Shown here piece after piece: positions 58,387 through 64,000 of a DNA stretch of 64,000 nt. The stretch lies in contig CBDCOH010000002.1 of the NCBI GenBank assembly GCA_965219685.1, positions 4,224,001 through 4,288,000 on the forward strand. The letters run 5' to 3'. The notes beneath the pieces were generated by a model. That model had not been told where the DNA came from. It saw only the letters and a program-made list of their open reading frames with translations, and did not search any database. This DNA is from Candidatus Spongiisociaceae bacterium. Lineage in GTDB: Bacteria; Actinomycetota; Acidimicrobiia; Spongiisociales; Spongiisociaceae. The stretch's first letter is position 1. Every line of letters starts with the position of its first letter. Both the position numbers and the translations under genes were made by a program.

Positions 58387-58730
58387 TGGCCGTCTCCGAC
58401 GGTGACGCAGATGCCTACCAGGAGAGGCTCGACCGGATCGCGGCTATCTTCACGGACCTGGTAGCCCACGCCGAGGTTTCGTCCCGCACCCGCTGCCCTT
58501 ACCGGGACCGGCACGATCTGTGTACGGCGCTGTTCCGGTGCCGCAACCAACTCGCCACGCCCGACGATGCGGACCGGCTGACCTGCGGCCACGACGGCAC
58601 CTTCGACTACCGGACCGCCTGGGAGGCCCACCCGCGGTCTCGGGTCCGCGCCAGGGAGAAGATCGCCAGGATCAAGCGGGACGCCGAGTCGCGCCGGATG
58701 GATCCGGCCGGGAACGGTCACTCCCCGTGA
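58386..58730 (+). CDS. Small 4-Cys hypothetical protein
   Basis: Overlaps both neighbours; RCPY-x6-CTALFRCRNQ-x11-C. Confidence 0.7.
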   Translation: MAVSDGDADAYQERLDRIAAIFTDLVAHAEVSSRTRCPYRDRHDLCTALFRCRNQLATPDDADRLTCGHDGTFDYRTAWEAHPRSRVRAREKIARIKRDAESRRMDPAGNGHSP

Positions 58731-60412
58731 GCACGGTCTCCCACCAGGGCAAGTCCCGGCCGCTGGTTCTCGACCGCACCGTGTTCGACTACGCGGACGA
58801 GTTGGCAGTGGAGGTTCCCACCTCGTGTCGGCGCACGGGACAGTGCCACGAGTGCGTCGTCGAAGTAACCGGCGGCATGGAGTCGCTGGTTCCGAGGACG
58901 GAGACCGAGGGGTTCCTGCGCGGCGACTACCGGCTCGCCTGCCAGGCCCGGATCGTGCGCGATGACCTCGACATCGAGTTCGCTCCGCTGAGAAGGCGGC
59001 CGAGGATCCTGGAGCCGGGAGGAGACCGGACCGGGCCGGATCGCGTGAACCCGATGGTGGCCAGGGTGGGGGAGGAGGTCTGGTACGGAGACAATGTGAT
59101 GGATGTGTACCGGGGCGCCATCTACGGTCTGGCGGTGGACCTCGGTACGACGACCGTGGTCCTGGAGTTGGTGGATCTCGAGAACGGGCGGAGCATGGCC
59201 GTCAGCAGCTTCGAGAACCCCCAGCAGTTCGGCGGCAGCGACGTGATGAACCGTATCTCCTACGAGGCCCGCCGGGGTGTGAGGGGTGAACTCCAGAACG
59301 CGGTCGTGACCGCGATCAACCAGGGAATCCGTGAAATGGTCGCCCACCTCGGAAGGCGCCCGCCGCACGTGTACGAGATCGTGGTGGCCGCCAACTCGAC
59401 GATGCGGGACATCCTGTTCGGGCTGGATGTGCAGAGCATCGGCCAGAAGCCTTACAAGTCGCTCGTCGAGCACGACTACCTGGACGGCGGTCGCCGCCAC
59501 ACCGCCCTGGTAGCAGATAGTCGCGAGCTCGGGCTGCGCGCCAACCGCAAGGCGAAGATCTACGGGCTCCCGCTGATCGCCAGCCATGTGGGCGCCGATG
59601 CGGTGGCCTGCCTGGAGACGGTGCAGCTCGGCAGCACGGGCCGCACCGAGATGCTTGTCGACATGGGAACCAACACCGAAGTCGTCCTCCACCACCGGGG
59701 TCGCCTGTACGCGGCGTCGTGCCCGGCCGGACCGGCCTTCGAGGGCGGCCTGGTCACCTACGGCATGAGGGCCTACGACGGCGCCATCGAGTCCATCGGC
59801 CTGGCGCCGGACGGGACGACCCTGCGCTACGCCACTATCGGCGACGAGCCGCCCACGGGCATATGCGGCTCTGGCCTCGCCGACCTGCTCGCGGAGTTGC
59901 GCCGCCACGGGCTGATGACCCCACTCGGCGTGTTCACCAAGGACCGCAAACTGTTCGCCATCGATGTGATCCCCGAACGGGGTATCACCTTCTCGAAGCA
60001 GGATGTCGGAAACCTGGCCCAGGCCAAGGCGGCCAACTACTGCGGCCAGTTCATCGTGATGAGGACGGCAGGGGTCGAACCCGCCCAGATCGAGCGCCTG
60101 TACCTGGCGGGAGGATTCGCCACGTACCTCGACGTGCGCAACGCAGTCGACATCGGCCTGATCGCTCCGGTCCCCGAGGAGCGAGTCGTCAAGGTGGGCA
60201 ACGCCGCCATCGACGGCGCCCGGGCGCTCCTGCTCGACCGCTCGAAGCGCCGTATCGCCGAGGAACGGGCCAAGAGGGTCACCCACTTAGAGCTGGAGAC
60301 CACTCCTGACTTCTTCGAGATATTCGTCGAGGGGTGCCAGCTCAAGCCGATGCCGGCCGAGTTGCCGCCCGACCCGTCCATGGAACTGGTGGGGGAGCTG
60401 GTGGGATCGTGA
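58727..60412 (+). CDS. ASKHA-type reductive activator of corrinoid proteins (RACo/RamA-like) with 2Fe-2S domain
   Basis: C-x5-C-x2-C...RLAC; AVDLGTTT; NPQ.FG.DV.NRI; DMGTNTE; AGPAFEG; GICGSG; LAGGF; GNAA. Confidence 0.92.
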   Translation: MSTVSHQGKSRPLVLDRTVFDYADELAVEVPTSCRRTGQCHECVVEVTGGMESLVPRTETEGFLRGDYRLACQARIVRDDLDIEFAPLRRRPRILEPGGDRTGPDRVNPMVARVGEEVWYGDNVMDVYRGAIYGLAVDLGTTTVVLELVDLENGRSMAVSSFENPQQFGGSDVMNRISYEARRGVRGELQNAVVTAINQGIREMVAHLGRRPPHVYEIVVAANSTMRDILFGLDVQSIGQKPYKSLVEHDYLDGGRRHTALVADSRELGLRANRKAKIYGLPLIASHVGADAVACLETVQLGSTGRTEMLVDMGTNTEVVLHHRGRLYAASCPAGPAFEGGLVTYGMRAYDGAIESIGLAPDGTTLRYATIGDEPPTGICGSGLADLLAELRRHGLMTPLGVFTKDRKLFAIDVIPERGITFSKQDVGNLAQAKAANYCGQFIVMRTAGVEPAQIERLYLAGGFATYLDVRNAVDIGLIAPVPEERVVKVGNAAIDGARALLLDRSKRRIAEERAKRVTHLELETTPDFFEIFVEGCQLKPMPAELPPDPSMELVGELVGS

Positions 60413-61431
60413 GCCGTCCCGAGTTCACCGTCGTCGGGGAGAACGTCCACACGACCCGGATCGTGCTTCGGAAGGGCAAGCGCTTCGCCATCCGCAACGG
60501 GGTGGAGGGGGTGCCTTTCGAGTCGGTCGACGGGGTTCCCCGGCTTCTCCGCGCCTCGGAGAAGATGCGCCGGAGCCAGGCTTACGAGGAGGGCCGGGTC
60601 AAGCACATAGCCTTAGCCGTCGAGGCGGCCATGGGAGGCGGTGCGGACGCGGAGGACGGGCTCGAGTACCTGCGGCGGGTGGTGGTGGACCAGGAGCGGG
60701 CCGGCGCCCACTACCTCGACGTGAACGTCGACGAGATATCCCTCAAGACCGCCGAGCAGCGCGAGGCGATCGCCTGGCTGGTCGGGTTCGTTCGTTCGGT
60801 CAGTTCCCTTCCTATCTCGGTCGACTCCTCAGACATCACGGTGATCGAGAGCGGCCTGAAGGCGTGCAGCGGAGCGGAAAGCCGACCGATGCTCAACTCC
60901 GCCTCCCTCGAACGGGTCGAGGCTCTTGACCTCGCCGTCCGGTACGGAGCGAAGGTCATCGTCACCGCGGCCGGCGGAGCCGGGATGCCGGCGAGCGCCG
61001 GCGAGCGGGTCGACAACGCATCCCGCATGGTGGAGGCGGCCGTGGAGAAAGGGATCCCGATGGCCGATCTATTCGTCGATCCGCTGGTCTTTCCGATATC
61101 GGTCGACGGCAACTTCGGACTCCACACCCTCGACGCCATCCGGATCATCCGTAGCCGTTACGGCCCTGAGATACACATAACCGGAGGAATGAGCAACGTG
61201 TCGTTCGGTATCCCGGCCCGCAAGCTGATGAACACCGCCTTCATCAACCTGGCGGTCGATGCGGGGGCGGACAGCGGGATCATCGACCCGGTGATGAATC
61301 CACTCTCCGCCGTGTTCGCCGCCGACCGGGACTCGGTTCCCTACCGGCTGGCCGAGGACACCCTCCTGGGCAGGGACGACTTCTGCGCCAACTACATCAA
61401 AGCCTGGCGCAAGGGCATCCTGAACGGGTGA
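60409..61431 (+). CDS. Pterin-binding methyltetrahydrofolate:corrinoid methyltransferase (MeTr/AcsE-like)
   Basis: VGEN, YLDVN, PISVDSS, LNSAS, FVDPLV, GMSNVSFG.P.R. Confidence 0.88.
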   Translation: MSRPEFTVVGENVHTTRIVLRKGKRFAIRNGVEGVPFESVDGVPRLLRASEKMRRSQAYEEGRVKHIALAVEAAMGGGADAEDGLEYLRRVVVDQERAGAHYLDVNVDEISLKTAEQREAIAWLVGFVRSVSSLPISVDSSDITVIESGLKACSGAESRPMLNSASLERVEALDLAVRYGAKVIVTAAGGAGMPASAGERVDNASRMVEAAVEKGIPMADLFVDPLVFPISVDGNFGLHTLDAIRIIRSRYGPEIHITGGMSNVSFGIPARKLMNTAFINLAVDAGADSGIIDPVMNPLSAVFAADRDSVPYRLAEDTLLGRDDFCANYIKAWRKGILNG

Positions 61432-61601
61432 GCGGGTAGTTCACCAGGGCTCCGGCCGAGACCTGGGACCGGGTCCTGAAATGGGGGTCTTCCCCTTCGG
61501 ACTCATGTTTCCAAGCCGCGGCTCGGGGCTCGCCGGCGCGTTTCCCCCCGAGCGGCGCCGCTTTTGCCGCGCCATCGGCTGTAGTCGGCGTCCTTCTCTC
61601 C

Positions 61602-61639
61602 GTGACACGTGTGGCATTCTGATGCTATGATTGTGGCAT
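61602..61639 (+). promoter_or_regulatory. Leaderless TA promoter with direct-repeat operator
   Basis: GTGACA-18 nt-TATGAT with extended TG, 6 nt before the ATG; TGTGGCAT at 61610 and 61632. Confidence 0.5.
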
Positions 61640-61874
61640 GCCCAGGATACGCATCAGCACCACCGTAAGCGACGAACTCCTTGCGCAGGCTCGCGCTGCT
61701 TTGCCGGATCTCAATGACGCCACCCTGCTCGATCGTGCCTTGGCGTCACTCTGCGCCGAGCATCGCGCCGCTGAGATTGACCGGTCCTACGAGGCCTACG
61801 ATACGCTTCCGCTCGACACCGAGGACGAGTGGGGGAACCTGGCCGATCTGCTCGATGCGGCCGCCACTGCGTGA
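61638..61874 (+). CDS. Antitoxin (MazE-like, RHH)
   Basis: RISTTV..ELL..AR, acidic C-terminus DEWGNL; overlaps the toxin start. Confidence 0.8.
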   Translation: MPRIRISTTVSDELLAQARAALPDLNDATLLDRALASLCAEHRAAEIDRSYEAYDTLPLDTEDEWGNLADLLDAAATA

Positions 61875-62197
61875 GCGGGTTGCCCCGAAGGGGCGAGTTG
61901 TGGTGGTACGAGGCTCCGGACAAACGCCCCCGCCCCGTGGTAGTGCTGTCGAGGAATGCGGCAATTCCGAAGCTCCGACGAGTGATCGTTGCTCCGTGCA
62001 GCACAGTGATCCGCAACCTCGCTACTGAGGTTGGGCTTGAACCGGGCGAAGAACCGATATGGCTGCCGAGTGTCGTGCAACTCGATTCGATGTTCAATGT
62101 CTCGGTGGCACATCTCACGTCGCGTCTTGGCAGGCTCAGCTACGAACGGATGGACCAGGTCTGCGGAGCTCTGTCCATCGCCGTGGACTGCGGGTAG
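61871..62197 (+). CDS. PemK/MazF family toxin
   Basis: RGELWW, RPRPVVVLSR, IVAPCST, RLGRLS..RM. Confidence 0.9.
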   Translation: MSGLPRRGELWWYEAPDKRPRPVVVLSRNAAIPKLRRVIVAPCSTVIRNLATEVGLEPGEEPIWLPSVVQLDSMFNVSVAHLTSRLGRLSYERMDQVCGALSIAVDCG

Positions 62198-62359
62198 TCG
62201 GTTACGCAAGCGGGCAGGTGGTCAACCATCTCAACCCTAACTCCCCATCAGCAGGTCTATTTTGAAGGGCTCCCCATGGCGGGACCATGGAATCCGGACA
62301 GCGCTACTGTGACCGGAAACTACCCGGTCTGACGCTAATCAGCTATTACCTACTAGCAA

Positions 62360-62758
62360 CTAGCAAAACTCTGCTTCGATCACTTCTCGTTCGGCGCCCG
62401 ACGGGCTATACATCCAGAACAGCCTGACCGGGGTATCGCCGGTATTGAAGAACTGGTGGCTCACCCCCGGGGGGGTGTAGACGACCGATCCGGGGCCGGT
62501 GACGATCTCCAGATCGCCTACGACCGCCCTCCCCTCGCCCTCGGAGAACATCCATATCTCGGCGGCGTCCGGATGGGTGTGGAGGCTGCCCTTCTGGTGG
62601 GGCGGCACCTCGCACGACCCGACCGCGAAGTCACCGATCCCTTCCTGCAGGAACGGTGACAGGAGGACCTTCACATGGCGGACGTACGGCTCGGGGGTGG
62701 TCAGCCCGATCCCGTCGGCATCGGTGACGACGATCGGTGTTTCCGATGAGTTGCTCAT
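62360..62758 (-). CDS. Cupin domain protein
   Basis: HTH...EIW...EG, PPGVSHQF.NTG. Confidence 0.88.
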   Translation of the reverse strand: MSNSSETPIVVTDADGIGLTTPEPYVRHVKVLLSPFLQEGIGDFAVGSCEVPPHQKGSLHTHPDAAEIWMFSEGEGRAVVGDLEIVTGPGSVVYTPPGVSHQFFNTGDTPVRLFWMYSPSGAEREVIEAEFC

Positions 62759-62833
62759 TGCTCAACCTCCTCCGCCGACTTAGCGTCCCGAACCGGTGGG
62801 ATCATCCGCCCCGCCGGGATACCGCCGGTACCT

Positions 62834-64000
62834 CTACTCATTCGACTCATCCGCTACCAAGTCGTCCCAACGAGGGCCGACCTCCAGTATGGAGGAGCGT
62901 AGAGCGGAGACACCGCGTTCCAGATCGTCGACACCGATCGTGAGGGCCGGGTTGACGCTGACCACATCCCCCACCAGGGCGCTTCCGTGGTGCATCGCCC
63001 GGGACAGGAAACCCCGTCGCCACATCGCTTCGGGAACCACTGAGCCGACAGCGGCCTCGGGCGGCAGCGGAGTTCGTGAGGCCTTGTCCGCGACCAGTTC
63101 GATCCCCCGGCAGAGGCCGCGCCCGCGCACGTCCCCCACCCAGGGGAGGTCGGCTATCTGCTCGGCCAGGAGGGCCGACAGCATCTCATCCAACTTTGCA
63201 GACTGCTCCGCCAGGCCCTCCTCCTCGATCGCGTCGAGGACCGCCAGCCCCACCGCGCACGACTGCGCGCTGCCGCTGTAGGTGTGGACCTCCGCCATGC
63301 GCCGGTTCTCGGCGGCGATGGTACCGGCGACGGCTCCGGTGATCAGCGTGGCCCCCAACGGCGCGTAACCCGCTCCCAGCCCCTTGGCCATGGTCGTGAT
63401 GTCGGCCACCACGTCCGCGTGGTCGAGGGCCAGGAAACGACCGGTCCGCCACATGCCGGTGATCACCTCGTCGGCTATGAACAGCACACCGTGGTGGTCA
63501 CAGACCTCCCGGACGCGACGCCAGTACTGGTCGGGGGGCACCGCCATCCCGGTGGAGAGAGCGATCGGCTCGGCGATGAAGGCGGAGACCGAGTGCGCCC
63601 CTTCGCTCTCGATGGCGGCGTCCAGCGCCCCCGCCGCCCGCCTCACCACCTCCTCCGGCGCAAGCCCCGCGTACGGACCCCGGTACGTGATCGGGGCAGG
63701 GACCTTTGGGGTCCGGAACACGTACGGTTGGTAGCTCCGGTTGATGTCCCAGCGCCCGGTCATCGACAGTGCCCCGGCGGTGGCGCCGTGGTAGCTGGGA
63801 GAGAGACCGACCACCTTCCACCGGGCGGGCTCCCCCCGGGCCAGGTGGTACTGGCGGGCGATGCGGAGGGCTATCTCGTTGGCCTCGCTGCCCCCCGAGC
63901 TGAACATGACCCGGTCGACCCCGTCAGGCGCCAGGTCGACCAGCCGGCGGGCGAGTTGCTCCTGAGCGCGGGTAGTGCCGGCCACCGTGTGCATGTACGA
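62834..64000 (-). CDS. Class III PLP aminotransferase (5' end outside window)
   Basis: SGGSEANE, SYHG.T, FIAEP, FIADEVITG..RTG, AKGLGAGY. Confidence 0.92.
   Translation of the reverse strand, partial: SYMHTVAGTTRAQEQLARRLVDLAPDGVDRVMFSSGGSEANEIALRIARQYHLARGEPARWKVVGLSPSYHGATAGALSMTGRWDINRSYQPYVFRTPKVPAPITYRGPYAGLAPEEVVRRAAGALDAAIESEGAHSVSAFIAEPIALSTGMAVPPDQYWRRVREVCDHHGVLFIADEVITGMWRTGRFLALDHADVVADITTMAKGLGAGYAPLGATLITGAVAGTIAAENRRMAEVHTYSGSAQSCAVGLAVLDAIEEEGLAEQSAKLDEMLSALLAEQIADLPWVGDVRGRGLCRGIELVADKASRTPLPPEAAVGSVVPEAMWRRGFLSRAMHHGSALVGDVVSVNPALTIGVDDLERGVSALRSSILEVGPRWDDLVADESNE

Overview
High-GC bacterial DNA. The gene set (Ni-SOD, F420-dependent nitroreductase, actinobacterial korAB, deoC plus ALDH pair, SLH-like, FN3 and RCC1 surface proteins) points to an actinobacterium, most plausibly a marine or sponge-associated Acidimicrobiia (inference). 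Bases 1 to about 9.6 kb look like the end of a tRNA-Leu-integrated island. It holds an FN3 protein, two tandem paralogous secreted FN3/beta-propeller/RCC1-repeat proteins, and an IS110 element with a nonsense-interrupted, HTH-extended recombinase and a bridge-RNA-like leader whose segments match the element ends; a 3' tRNA-Leu fragment closes it. The middle has a Fur-family-box-controlled methyltransferase/FecCD metal-uptake operon, an AhpD-like gene with an in-frame UGA in a CxxU motif and a SECIS-like hairpin (probable selenoprotein missed by the ORF track), korAB, sodN with its protease, an ABC-2 exporter, metG, Fic, rmuC, deoC/ALDH, an S41 protease, two AlkA-like glycosylases and pgl. The right end has an uncharacterised catabolic cluster, a complete five-gene corrinoid methyl-transfer module with atypical parts, a MazEF-like TA pair, a cupin and a class III aminotransferase. 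About ten intergenic tandem arrays share a 7-nt period but differ in sequence; some bracket single genes in inverted or mirror-graded fashion. Several 1-bp frameshifts may be assembly errors. All calls come from motif reading; no searches were run.
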